This document shows, one piece after another, positions 50,590 through 63,102 of a stretch of DNA of 64,000 nucleotides; positions within the stretch are counted from its first letter, which is position 1, and each line of letters begins with the position of its first letter. Both the position numbers and the translations under genes were made by a program. Origin of the DNA: Phoronis australis (lineage: Eukaryota > Animalia > Phoronida); NCBI GenBank assembly GCA_002633005.1, contig NMRA01000189.1, positions 224,264-288,263 of the forward strand. Reading direction: 5' to 3'. The notes beneath the pieces are model-generated. The model made no database searches and had not been told where the DNA came from. It saw nothing but the letters and a program-made list of their open reading frames with translations.

Positions 50590-51230
50590 AATAAAAGTTC
50601 ACCACGTACTGATAACAACTAACAAGTCATCAAAAGCACAATAAACAAAAATATCATCCACATATCGGATAGGAATACCACCAATCACATTGCTAGCCCC
50701 TTTTTCCACTACAGACATAAAAATTCCGAGAACGTGGGACCTAGAGAAGAGCCCATGCTCACACACCATCTTCTTGTAGAAACAATTGGCCATTTACATG
50801 ACGAAATTGTACTTTGGTAGTGCAGACGGTCAGCAACTGTCTCAGATGAGTTGGTGAAATGTCGGGTGGCTTTAAATGTGGGTGATGGTATACACTGTCC
50901 AAAATGATAGTAATGGTCTCATCCACCGGTACATTGGTGAACAAAGACTCAGCATCAAGGGTCAAAGGTTGGAAAAAAGAGGGTGGCACTTGAGTGCGCA
51001 AACTATCAATGAAATCTTCACGAGATTCTATGGAGTAACGACTCTAAATGCATGGTTTATGATGATATCAAGATGTTTAGCTGTCTTGTACCTTGGCGTC
51101 AGGAATATTACCGGCGTAGAGGAACATCTTTTTTGTGTATTTGGGGTTGCCATAGAGATAACTTTCAGAAAAGTACCCTTTGATTTCAGAGAAAATGCGA
51201 CGGCCAGCCTCAAACATTTATAGCCTTAAC
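50590..51230 (-). pseudogene. Penelope-like element RT fragment
   Basis: LDAESLFTNVPVDETI, F...NGQLFLQEDGV.MGSSLGP, RYVDDIF, with frameshifts. Confidence 0.82.
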
Positions 51231-51815
51231 AGACGAAGAAATTGGATTTAAAAACATCTAACGATACCAAAGGATTGTTTCAAAAATGAGGGCTAAAGTC
51301 ACTCCAGGTCTGACTAAAGCTGAAAGTACGCATCCCATGACCAATGAGAATTTTGTTACATGCCTGGTTTACTAATTCCATAGATCTCTAGCCCTGGTAT
51401 GCCAACTCCGATCTCGCTGCTGATGAAGTTGCACCGCGAATGCATGAGATTTATTCGCATTAATTTGTTTCAGTGTATGTACTTCCTATGGAATATATTG
51501 TTATGTACTGTAGTGAGGCGACACCTAGTGATGAGATTTAGTTGATATAGAGCCAGGCTAAGAAGTAAAACAGGTTCTAGCTGGATATTTTAGTTGTATG
51601 ATTTAAACTTGTATCAATCACTTCCCTTCTAGGTCCTACACTTAGCTACAACTTCCTGTTCAGACATGAATTTGAGTTGACTTTCAGTGTGCTCACTTCC
51701 TACAGCAGTAACTGCCCAGAGAGTAATTGTGCAGCAGAGGTCTCCTAGTGTAAACAGCCTGGTGTGTCTTTCATACCAGGACTCGGGGCTTATTACTCTG
51801 GTCTGAGAAAAGATT

Positions 51816-52046
51816 TTACATTTTCCGTAATTCATCCTGGGCTCTGAAGCTCTCACAAACATGTAGTCCCAGCAACTGTGCCGTGTGTAAGAAATAGTCG
51901 GGCAGCGGCGCAGAAATGTGAACAGTCCTATGTTTGACGTGTGGACTCTTGGGCACTGAAACACTGGTGCAGTGTAGATGTAATGGTATCCACTCCTGGT
52001 ACTCTTTGGGAACCTGAAGCAGGCTACGGATGTCTTCAGGTAGAAC
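51816..52046 (-). CDS. RPUSD3: RPUSD3-like terminal exon
   Basis: VLPEDIRSLLQVPKEYQEWIPLHLHCTSVSVPKSPHVKHRTVHISAPLPDYFLHTAQLLGL...RKM* (a different frame from the listed ORF 51629..52060). Confidence 0.9.
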   Translation of the reverse strand, partial: VLPEDIRSLLQVPKEYQEWIPLHLHCTSVSVPKSPHVKHRTVHISAPLPDYFLHTAQLLGLHVCESFRAQDELRKM

Positions 52047-55000
52047 CTACAATAACACACATTAGCAATACACGTGTACGCGAAATCTGTCCAAATTTAG
52101 GATACAACACAGCTGTCAAGTGAAACGTTAGTTTTCCCTTTTTCCACAAAAGACAAGTATAGGGTGCAAATAAATGTTTAAACATTAGTATACTAAAGCA
52201 AGCATTAGGGCTGCCACAGACAGAGAAGTGCCTGTGTGTTTACATTGATGAATGAAAATTCTCTCATTTCTATCTCAATTGGATTAGCAAAGCAATGTTA
52301 TTTGCTTTAACCTGACGAAGCAAAGCAACTAAGCTACTGGCATAAGTTGATTGACTTTGCCGGCCAAGACATCTGATTGGTTTTCAATGACGACTTCCGG
52401 TTTAGACATGTCATGGCCTGCTGAACTGGCAAAGTGAATCAAATGCACTCACTTAGTAATGAGTAGGGTTTTATTGTTTGAATGATTTCAATTTCAATTA
52501 ATTCATCATTGCTTCCTAGTTTACACATACAAAAAATTTCATGTACATTAGTAAGTTTACACAACTTTGTGAACAACTTAATCCGTTTGATCATCTAAAT
52601 AACACAAATTTTACATATTTTTTTTAAATTTCCAATACTTAATAACTTCAAATTTTGACCACACGAAAACCTCACATTTTACAGAAAACTTAATATTACC
52701 TTTCATCAGTTGAAGAACTAAAGTTTTACAGAATATTTTCCTGAAAAACTTAGTTATTTTTAGAAAGCTTATTTTTTGTCCATAACGTAAGTTGTCGCTG
52801 AAAATCTCACTTGTTCCATCTTATTTTGGCCTGGACCAGTCGCTCATTGTAACTCTGTATACTGATTACTATGAATTGACTTTACATTTGCTTCGCAGTC
52901 AGTGATCATTTGCTTCACTGTGTGCGGGTAACTCTCTTCTAGCTATTAGCTGAGGTATAGTAAACTTACGGCAAATAGCTCAGGTCATAGCTACTTGTCT
53001 GAGGCGACCTTACTGCCTCAAGTGACCTATATAGGTAAGTTGACAACATAACGTGACAGCAAAAACCAACAAAAGAACTACTGGCTAGATCATTGAATTG
53101 TAGTATTTTCACACCTTGACATATTCATGAGTTGTTTTGGGTCATGTTTTAGGGAGAAGGGAATCCTTTGTTTTGATTTTTTAACACGAGTGTCCATTCC
53201 TAATTACACATGATAAACAAGGACCAAATGTAATGCACTATTGGTATCAAAGGGATGATTCAAGGACCAAATGTAATGCACTATTGGTATCAAAGGGATG
53301 ATTCAAGGACCAAATGTAATGCACTATTGGTATCAAAGGGATGATTCAAGGACCAAATGTAATGCACTATTGGTATCAAAGGGATGATTCAAGGACCAAA
53401 TGTAATGCACTATTGGTATCAAAGGGATGATTCAAGGACCAAATGTAATGCACTATTGGTATCAAAGGGATGATTCAAGGACCAAATGTAATGCACTATT
53501 GGTATCAAAGGGATGATTCAAGGACCAAATGTAATGCACTATTGGTATCAAAGGGATGATTCAAGGACCAAATGTAATGCACTATTGGTATCAAAGGGAT
53601 GATTCAAGGACCAAATGTAATGCACTATTGGTATCAAAGGGATGATTCAAGGACCAAATGTAATGCACTATTGGTATCAAAGGGATGATTCAAGGACCAA
53701 ATGTAATGCACTATTGGTATCAAAGGGATGATTCAAGGACCAAATGTAATGCACTATTGGTATCAAAGGGATGATTCAAGGACCAAATGTAATGCACTAT
53801 TGGTATCAAAGGGATGATTCAAGGACCAAATGTAATGCACTATTGGTATCAAAGGGATGATTCAAGGACCAAATGTAATGCACTATTGGTATCAAAGGGA
53901 TGATTCAAGGACCAAATGTAATGCACTATTGGTATCAAAGGGATGATTCAAGGACCAAATGTAATGCACTATTGGTATCAAAGGGATGATTCAAGGACCA
54001 AATGTAATGCACTATTGGTATCAAAGGGATGATTCAAGGACCAAATGTAATGCACTATTGGTATCAAAGGGATGATTCAAGGACCAAATGTAATGCACTA
54101 TTGGTATCAAAGGGATGATTCAAGGACCAAATGTAATGCACTATTGGTATCAAAGGGATGATTCAAGGACCAAATGTAATGCACTATTGGTATCAAAGGG
54201 ATGATTCAAGGACCAAATGTAATGCACTATTGGTATCAAAGGGATGATTCAAGGACCAAATGTAATGCACTATTGGTATCAAAGGGATGATTCAAGCCAG
54301 CATTCCACATAGTGTTGTTATGGCATTTATTCCTGATGCCCATCTTGAAGAGTCTTTGTTTCTATTTTAGTTTTTATGTCCGTTACTAAATGACACTTTT
54401 CGACCACTCATTTCCTGTTTTACTCGGTAACAGTTAGTAGCATAACACAGGCAAAATAGATTCAAATAAATGAGTGTTACACCCACAAAACAAACTTCCT
54501 TACTACAAGGAATGGATTCATGCTTAATGGCAAGTCAATTTGTCACGTGTCAAAAATTTCAAAATGTCACAGTGAAGTCTTCAGTGCCATCTTCAGTAAG
54601 AAGCAAAACCTAATTGAACATGTCTGTGATAAAACGATCGTTGATCAATTTGAGGCCAGAATTGTGAAACTTGGTAGATTACACTCAAACAAAGTATTAG
54701 GATCATGGTATCTACTACTGAAAAAACACAAATTACACGACTTCCGTCCATTTTCCATTGTTGCAAAAATCAGGGCAATTAAGGCACAACCCTTCACATC
54801 AGCTCTTAATTTGTATACCTGTGGTCTTGGTGGTGCATGCATAGGGTCAACAAGGACAGTTCTTCCTAAAATGCTCTTCACCCTAGCAGAGTACATGTGA
54901 TCACCTAGAATGTTACACAGGTGTTGCGTGAGGAACACTTGCAGGAAATCCCACTTAGCTGAAAATTGAACATGACGTAGTATTACACTACAGGTAGGTT

Positions 55001-58000
55001 TCCACTGCCTGAACAGTGCACATTACATAAACAAATTATATGTAATCACAATCAGATCTACACATGGGCGGATCCAGGATTTTGAGTTAGGGGAGGGCCA
55101 GGGCAGATTATTAGCCAGAATTTTGCCGTCAGACATTCAAACCCCCAAACTGCCCAATGGAATCTTGGAGAATTTTAGGGGGCCATGGCCCCATTGACCC
55201 CCCTCTAAATCCGCCCCTGCTACATGCATCACAAATGAATGAGTTTTGAACATTGTGCACGCAGTGTATGATATTAAAATTCCAATAATTCAGTATTGAA
55301 ATTGACAATCTACACTAACTAACCTTCTAAAAATCAACAACAATGCAAGATTCACGGCGATCAAGTTGTGTTAGATTAACATGTCTCGCTGAGAAGGCGA
55401 CACCTAGTGCAAATACAGTTAGTCTACCTTAATAGTCGTTTTCTGATATGCAATGACATGAGGAAATACGCTTTGCCACTAGACGGCGGTAGTGTAGTTG
55501 GTGGACGGCGTTCTTTGTGAGCATCATGACATCAAATTGACTCTGTTGTGTGGTGGGATATACACACAAAAAGGTTTGTCTCAAAAATGTATGTAAATGA
55601 AAGAAATTGTGTTTCGTCCCTGTCAACTTGGCTCCTCTCGCACACCAGAATTAGAAATTGGGTCGCACTGCTAAAAATTTGTATCTACAATTTTTCCTAC
55701 ACATTCCAAACAAATGTTCGAATATTGAAGTTAAAAAGCCCTTCCCTAAGTTTCTAACGAGTTCCTTTGTATGGATGTGAAATCATGAACAATTATTAGG
55801 AGAACTCACTGCAAAGAGCAGTCTTCAAAATGGCTGCCATATTAAAATTACGCTTCTTAGAACCACGGCTTACTGGTGCAAGATTGGTCGAGGTTCTAGT
55901 TTTCTAAAAACTTACTTGTGGTAGGCTGCAGTTGAACCAAAGCAGAATTGTTTTCAATACTTTTAGACAACACTTTGAACTTGACTAATGGGCGTATCAC
56001 AGATGCCTTTCTAATGCTTGTTTCAGAGTATTTGTCCACAATTACTGTCTGAAAAAATAAAAGAACCATGAACCAACCATATAACAGGACATTTAATTCT
56101 GTGGAGCGATCATTTTAACATAAATATTACAATTTATACTCAGCAATGTTACAGCTTAAAGATGAGTACTGAGTTATTTCCTGCCTATTATACATTTTCT
56201 ACTTTGTTTCCGTTGTTGTTTGCAGATTATTTTGTGACAGGTGTGCAGAACTTTGTGTGTGAATCTTAAAATGGGACTGTCTTAGGGGTTCTGTGAGGAA
56301 CTTCCCCATTTTCCCCAAAAATATTCATTTTACGAAACGACAGTCATTGAAAATCCTTAAAACCTGAAGACAAGAGCTCTTAACTTGCACTGGCTGTAAC
56401 ACACAAAGAGTTTTCACAAATTATGAAAATAAACAAACAGTCCAGTAATCGGCCCATTTTTTGTTTGAATTAATAAAAATTCGCCAAGTGTTAAACAAAG
56501 CGCAATTGACACCAAAATTTTGAGGAATAGTTAATTACGATAATTGCACCTAGCTGCTCTGCGAAGCTGCATTTCCATGGGCAACTCCACAGGGGGTATA
56601 AGCAAACATGAGTATTAAAGAGAGGAAAAGTACCTTTGAAAATTTGGCGTTGGACATTAAGCCAAATGTAAGCACTAACCTGGCCATTAAGACGTTCAAT
56701 TCTAAAGCCATCAACTCTTGGCTATGGCTATAAATCAAAAGTGAAGTTTCTTTAAATTAGAACAAAATATGGTGGAACAGCAAAATTTCAACACCAGTAA
56801 TTTCACTCGATTATTTCAAAAGTTCATATGGTACAATGAAATTTTGAACATTTTTGGTAATTCAGTGGGGACTAGAAAAATCAGTAACGGACAATTTTGG
56901 CCATTATTTTGGTTCGAATTTCAGGAAACTTTCTGTACCTACCATGTGATAACCTCCAACTTTGACCTGGCCAACAGGAACACTTTCTTCCCCTTCTTTT
57001 ATTGTGGGAATTCCCATGGTTATGGCACTTAAACAAAAATTTCAAAGTTCACATCAAACTGTTTACCACCGTAAGCGATTACAAATTAACACTTGACAAA
57101 ATGTCTTAAATGCAAGTTACATTAAACAGTTCATGAAACAGGAAAAAAAACAATAAATAAATGCAATTCATTTGTTGCTACCAATGAACATATAAAAATC
57201 ATTATTATCAGAGCTTGGAATGACCAATGACAAAAAAGAGGAAAATTTTCCAGGTGATGTATTGTTTCACAAATAAATAGCCTTGTGTGATAGAAATATT
57301 TGTGTTGTAAACTACTGAAATAAATGTTTTTGCATGAATAAAGTCAAATAATGACAAAAAGAGCCAAAAAAAGAGGAGACTGGAAATAAAAAAGAGGAAA
57401 TCAAAATTAAAAAAGAGGAAATCATCTTAAAAGAGGAAAATTCCAAACCATATATTATTGAATTCCAACAAGTGTTCAAGAATTTCAGTTTGCTTTGCAG
57501 CGCAGTCCACCTGACAACATAAATATATGTCTGTAAATAATCATCATGCCAAATGCCACACCAGAATTTTTTGAAGGGTTGTTTCTGAGTCCTACTAGTC
57601 AGCATGTGTTTCCTGAGCCGTGCCTTCATTTCCATTGACTTGCACAAAACCAAGACACCACTGTGCAATCTGAAGAACAAGAACACATGACTTAAGAACG
57701 CATACCAAAGCTTATAAAACATAAAGTGAAATCCACTTAGCTTTGTCAATGTTATGGTGAAAACCAAACAGGAAAACGGGAAAAAAGAGTGATAAAATCG
57801 TTTAAACGACAGCTAATTTTTATTCCAATATTCCGCTAAATTTCAAAAAGATCCGTCATTTTTTAAGTTCAACAGCTGTACTCCACAAACTAGAAAGTAA
57901 TCACATAAGGCAGATCTACACTTCCACAGCTGCCTTTAATAAAGATAAAGGTTTTGTGTTGTAAATTCTAACACTGAACAGGGACCTGGGACTAATCACA

Positions 58001-60832
58001 GAACTCAGAACTCCAGTAAAAAATTGACCAATAGCACGCTTCAAATAAACTTCAAATTTGTACTTGAATCACAGGGCGTGATTGATTAAGCTTCAAGTTA
58101 GAGTTGAGTTAAACCCCAACTCCTGATCTTTTGTCTGAGAATGACGTAGCCTTGTCCTATATTTGTTTGAGAATGATGTAGCCCTGTCCTACATTTGAAT
58201 GTTTTAATAAGTCATGATTTACAGTCAGAGAGTGGGCAGAATATATTTTTGATCCTATTCTAAGTATTATGAATACGGACTTATGAAGCAAAGAAGTCTG
58301 AAACGATACATGTAAACATTATTTAACTGACTTTGGCAAACAGGCAAACAACAGCTCAGGTTTTGAAAAGGTCACCCACAGCTGTAAGTATCTACAGAAT
58401 TACCTATCCAGTGACACACCTATGTCCAGGTAGTCAAGACCAAGGTGTTCTCTAAGCTTGGGTAACACTGACTGCACTGTCAGTGGCTCTGATGAGGCTT
58501 GCATTGGTAAGTTGTGAGGTTTGTTGATGGCCAATAGGTGAGCTGTCAAAGTAAATATTTAAAAATTAAAATTAAAGTGGAATAGAAACGAATTCAAAGG
58601 GAATTTGTATCAGAAATATCAGTAATACCTGGTATTGCCAGACCTCAAAATAATTTTGCTGCTAAAGCTCTACAATGTTGTACTCACAATTCTGAATGAA
58701 ACCAAAACCAAAATGGGTACCTACATTTCTGGCCTGGGAGAAGTCATCTATTATAGGGTAGAGGGAGGGGCGTAGCTCGGCCTCTGAGTCTGGGGTAAAT
58801 ATTCACACATAATCAAAATGGAAAAATGAGACCCATGCTTATACCAAGAGCTAGAATTATATCTCCCGTCTTTATCTTTATACATTAAAAGGGCTTAACA
58901 TATGACCCAGAAGCCTAGACCCAAATTATAGCCCATCCTCATGCCTAGGGCACAGGGTTTTTTATTTGATACACCCATGAACTAAATTGGAGTTCTTCAT
59001 GTTTGTGCTGTATGAAGCGCACGGAAGAAAATTGTTACTTAGATCATTGCCCATGATCCGTGCAGAAAGTAAGCCTTGACTTTTGGTTGCTAGCCAGGAT
59101 CACTGGATTGACCGTTTTTAAAATAACAAAACAAAACAAATCCGATTGAGATTTATCCCACACACATTGCAAAAGATGAGTGCAATACAGCCATGTTGTG
59201 TTGTTTTTCATATTGCACCACCGGAACTACTCTTAATAGTGCCCTCTATACTCAGATATGGAAAGTACAGAGTAGGCAAATGTCGACACGATGTCACTAG
59301 CTGCCTCGATCATCAAACTTCCCCAAAATAGTTTAAAGTAATTAAGTTTCAGCAGTATAAATAACACTCAGTTCAGTTTTATTTGCTAAAATATTATCGT
59401 CTGCAACTCGGGTGCCAGTTCCTTAGTAACTACAATGTTAAATATTTTTGTTATTTAATTATTTTTTAAAAATGTTTATTATCTCTTCTCAAGTTATAAA
59501 TCTTTACATTCAATACTGTTTTCTATTCCTAGTAGAGTAAACTTGTAACATAACACGCAAGTACATACACTATAGGTTGTGACCGCCACCTGAATTTTGT
59601 GGACGACGTATTTAAGAATTCGAAACGTATGGGAAAAATACAAACCATACCTCGAATGGTGTAGATGACATAACATTCCACTCAACATTGTTGGATATTA
59701 TTTCATCTACGCCACTCTCTGTACATTTTGTTTATATATTGGACTTGAGCTTGAAAATTATATTGTACATTAAGAGCACTTACATGTGCATCATGTTGAC
59801 GATTGTAGATGGCACGTTTATTTCATATGGATCAGAGCGCCATCTGGTTTCAAATCGAGTCATTAGATATCTTTTGCAGGGTAAAGCAATGGCTATGACT
59901 GTGGCTGAAGCCAACAAGATTACTCTAAACTATCATTTGCAGAAATGAATGTCTGGAATTTATAGTAATTCACCAATAAAAGTCCTGGGTTACCTTTTCT
60001 ATATTTTGGTAAGCCTTGAAATAATGAATTTGACAACAGAAAGTCATTCCAAATGTGAATGTGTCAGTCCAATGTACCCATGATTGGACCCAGTGGACAT
60101 TATGTTTGTTATCGACATTCCTCCAGTTTTGGTCAATAAAAATGCTCCATGGTCTTACCTGTTTCATGAAAGATTATACCCCAGGGACTTGTCACTGATT
60201 AATTATACCCCAGAGACGTGTCACTAATTAATTACACCCCAGGGACGTGCCACTAATTAATTATACCCCAGGGACTTGCCACTAATTAATTATACCCCAG
60301 GAACTTGCCAGTAATTAGTTATACCCCAGGGACGTGCCACTAATTAATTATACCACAGGACTTGCCACTAATTAATTATACCCCAGAGACGTGTCAATAA
60401 TTAATTATAACCCAGGGTCGTGTCACTAATTAATGCAAACAACTTGTCTCCTCATCAAACGTTCATAGCTAGTCTTTTTATCTAGGGTTTTTAATCTCTG
60501 CTTACACTTTACAGAATTACTCTCCAATTTTACTTACCATTTTCAAACACAATATTCCTTAGTAGAGTCTCAAATAACGTCAGTTTCCCATCCCAACTTT
60601 TATTATTCAACAACAGATGCCTGCTTCGTGTTGCCTGTGCAGTGGCAACATGCCCTGTTGTATGTTCTTTGCTGATGTCTGGTTCAGCACCAAGTTCGTT
60701 GTGGGTACTTTTGATTCCATTAGCAATCTGGGATCCCAACGTACTTTGATCTCTTGTAATAACTTTTAAGTTAGATAGACATTGATGATTTTGCAGAGAC
60801 CGGCAATAATAGCAAAGATGTCTGGAATTCAT
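51816..60832 (-). CDS. RPUSD3: Mitochondrial RluA-family pseudouridine synthase RPUSD3-like, 7 coding exons, about 376 aa
   Basis: complement(join 60538..60832, 58404..58542, 57562..57669, 56943..57027, 55916..56048, 54819..54958, 51816..52046) = 1131 nt with consistent phases. Motifs: LLAINKP, SLDRLHSGVLVL, AITMGIP, SALVQLQP, LCNILGDHMYSARV, IPLHLH...APLPDYF. The LGDHMYSARV segment resembles RPUSD3. The start codon or an additional upstream exon is uncertain. Confidence 0.88.
53218..54296. repeat. Perfect tandem array: 25 x 43 bp (CAAGGACCAAATGTAATGCACTATTGGTATCAAAGGGATGATT) plus CAAG
   Basis: 1075 bp = 25 x 43; no variant units seen; no spacers. Confidence 0.97.
54819..54958 (-). CDS. RPUSD3: RPUSD3-like exon
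   Basis: KWDFLQVFLTQHLCNILGDHMYSARVKSILGRTVLVDPMHAPPRPQ|gtatac. Confidence 0.9.
55063..55219 (+). mobile_element. MITE family B (5-bp TSD), copy 3
   Basis: CATGGGCGGATC...AATCCGCCCCTG, TSD ctaca. Confidence 0.8.
55916..56048 (-). CDS. RPUSD3: RPUSD3-like exon
   Basis: TVIVDKYSETSIRKASVIRPLVKFKVLSKSIENNSALVQLQPTT|gtaagt. Confidence 0.88.
56943..57027 (-). CDS. RPUSD3: RPUSD3-like exon
   Basis: AITMGIPTIKEGEESVPVGQVKVGGYHM|gtaggt. Confidence 0.85.
57562..57669 (-). CDS. RPUSD3: RPUSD3-like exon
   Basis: LHSGVLVLCKSMEMKARLRKHMLTSRTQKQPFKKF; donor gtgtgg is weak but required by phase. Confidence 0.82.
58404..58542 (-). CDS. RPUSD3: RPUSD3-like exon (motifs I and II)
   Basis: HLLAINKPHNLPMQASSEPLTVQSVLPKLREHLGLDYLDIGVSLD. 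Confidence 0.9.
60174..60434. repeat. Minisatellite, about 29-bp unit (ttataccccagggacgtgccactaattaa), about 9 copies
   Basis: Visible tandem units in the first coding intron of the RPUSD3-like gene. Confidence 0.88.
60538..60832 (-). CDS. RPUSD3: RPUSD3-like first coding exon (putative mitochondrial presequence)
   Basis: MNSRHLCYYCRSLQ...LFETLLRNIVFEN|gtaagt; an acceptor lies 6 nt upstream of the ATG, at 60839-60840. Confidence 0.75.
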
Positions 60833-60895
60833 TGCAATCTGAAATTAAATAAAAACTTACAGTTTCTGGCAAGGGAAACGCAAATGAATACTTAA

Positions 60896-62143
60896 AGGAG
60901 AGTGCCACCCAAAAAACAACCTATTTTGTATCAATTTAGATTGAGTAGTTCTACTCGATAACGGCAAGTTCGGTTGCGTTATCTGACACCTGATGGCAGA
61001 CGGAAGTATTGAAATTATCCAATGACGTCATTGGTTTCACACGCAGTCTGTTCAGCAGTTCACAACACGGGTTACTGGTGTCAGCTTATCACATAAATAC
61101 ATCGTTTAAACACCAATAAATCACCAAACTTTGATGTAAAACCCTTAAAAATACACCAAGTTCTGATAAAAATGTGTTGTTGAATTAGCCACGAAACTTC
61201 AAATCTACTTAATCGTCGGGGGCCGAGAATTCAGGTTCCCCTTTGGCCACAGCACCGTCAGGGCAGAAGTTGTACACTGACAATCATTATTTGAATAATG
61301 TATATATGTAAATAAAGATTACCCTAACACCTGGCCGTGGGATAGAAAATCGAGTTATTGTTTCACAACAGTTTCTGTCAGCAAACACTGAATTAGCATG
61401 CGCTCACACGGCCTCAGTGAATGGTCAATTACCTTTATTGCATCTGAAGCCGGTAACGCAGCGGTTTATTCATTGCTGGCTTAATTCTCAAAACATTTGC
61501 ACTCAGGAATACTCCAAAGGCATCTAATGAGACAGTCTTCGTTTCAGTTTTATATAAGCATTGGTTAGGGCGAGAATATTTCATTTTGAAACAGAAACGC
61601 AGAACGTCAACAGAATCCCAACTTCTAGACGAGAGTTCATCCGACAAAGACTTCGCAGGTGGATCGTTAAGTTTCACAGGCTATCAGTTCAAACCGGAAC
61701 ACAGTGATCAAGAAATACTAGAGAGGCGCCGTCAACATGCACAGACAACGGAATGCATGGATAGTTCTTAGCCGGCATTTGTCAGACTCACTTTCGACGC
61801 CTTCACGGCCTCATACTTGCTATTAACAACGTACTTTTCATTCTTCACTACCCAATCGAGCCAATTCCTAAGCATTTCGGACTCTCGAGGAAATCGAAAA
61901 AAACTACGTACCCGCTTTCCTCGCAGCTGTATAGTTCAGACAGGTGGTAACGATGCACCCCAACATAGCGGCATTCACTCAGCCAATGAACCACTGATGT
62001 CGCTGCGTCGTTTCTCACCTTCTTCACAGCCACAGGTTAACACGCCACCTCTCAGCAAGGTAAGGTCGACCGTATACGAGGCAATGTGGATATAGACCAA
62101 TTAAGACAGTAAAAAGGCTTATTAAATCGGGTGGAATTCTCCT
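60896..62143 (+). mobile_element. Non-autonomous Kolobok-type DNA transposon, 1248 bp
   Basis: TIRs AGGAGAGTGCCACCC / GGGTGGAATTCTCCT flanked by a TTAA TSD (60892-95, 62144-47); internal fragment DESSSD...GYQFKPEHSDQEILERR. Confidence 0.78.
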
Positions 62144-62889
62144 TTAAGTTCTTTCAAAGGGCTCTGTGGCAGACAGTGTAGTTTACTTGACTAATGACTT
62201 GCCGTACTGGCGATAAATGTGTTCACACGTGAGCACATGAATCATATGATATCTGAGTGTCTAACTCAAACAACCTCAGAGCAAGAAACCTTGTACCAAA
62301 GCTACATAACAGGACAAAACACGTAACACTGCAAGAGGGCGAAGTGTCACATGCAAACCTAAGCTTGACCGACAGGAAAAAGCACGTACCTGGCTCGAAC
62401 AGCTACTTCAGAGACCGTAGAGAGCGTCTTTGGCTACTTTGTAAAATATTGCGACACCTGTTGGATATTTCACGATTGCTCCATCTGTAGGTGATGTACG
62501 TGACTAAATTAGAAGGTACCTGTGCGTGAATCCGGAGACCCGTAGAGATGAACTCGCTGTGGTAGGGTCAGTGCCATTATTAATGTTTTGTAAATATTGG
62601 TAGCTATATTTCAATTATCAGAATCTATCACTTGTGCTAATTTTTAATTGTTCATATCCAAAATCCAACTTTAAATAAACTTAGGCCTACTTTCATTCAT
62701 TACTGAATACGTTAAATTTTGCAGCGTTCCGTTGAGTATTTCACAACAAGCAAAATCACGACATCGCAAAAGACGCAAGTGACCGCAATGGCTTTACGCG
62801 TGCAATATTCTTGCTTTCACCACCGTCTGCTTTCACGAAACTTAGACCTAATCGTCAGTTTGGCGAATGATGGACCACGGGTAACGTTC

Positions 62890-63062
62890 ACGCTAAGACT
62901 TCGCAAGACTATCAAGACTTCGCGAGATTTCGCGAGATAAAACCATTTATTATAATGAGAGCACGTGATGTGGGGTAGATTTTTTACCTCGCGAGAGTGC
63001 TAGTACTCAACTCCAGCCCGGTGTCCGTGACGTCACAGATACAACAACACCATAGCAACAAC
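62890..63062. promoter_or_regulatory. Probable bidirectional promoter (RPUSD3-like and downstream + strand gene)
   Basis: Three TCGCGAGA elements (two at about 62920-62938, one at about 62989-62996), E-box CACGTG near 62961, palindromic CRE GTGACGTCAC 63028-63037, RFX X-box-like CCATAGCAAC near 63050-63059; CpG-rich relative to flanks. Confidence 0.6.
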
Positions 63063-63066
63063 CATC

Positions 63067-63102
63067 ATGGCGGACCAAGAAGAAGTCAAGAAGAACAGCG
63101 GG
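63067..63102 (+). CDS. First coding exon of an unidentified gene running off the window
   Basis: catcATGGCG Kozak context, MADQEEVKKNSG|gtacga, directly downstream of a promoter-motif cluster. Confidence 0.55.

Noticed and set aside
51629-52060. 143-aa ORF in the supplied track as a protein
   Set aside because: It is a shadow frame; the real exon is 52046-51816 in another frame (RPUSD3-like C-terminus).
49270-52330. Hammerhead ribozymes near the Penelope-like fragment (CTGAAGA near 49280, CTGATGA near 51420, CTGACGA near 52312)
   Set aside because: None is followed by a stem II and GAAA with pairing stems I and III.
53218-54296. CRISPR array
   Set aside because: The units are contiguous and identical with no unique spacers, there are no cas genes, and the array lies in a spliceosomal intron.
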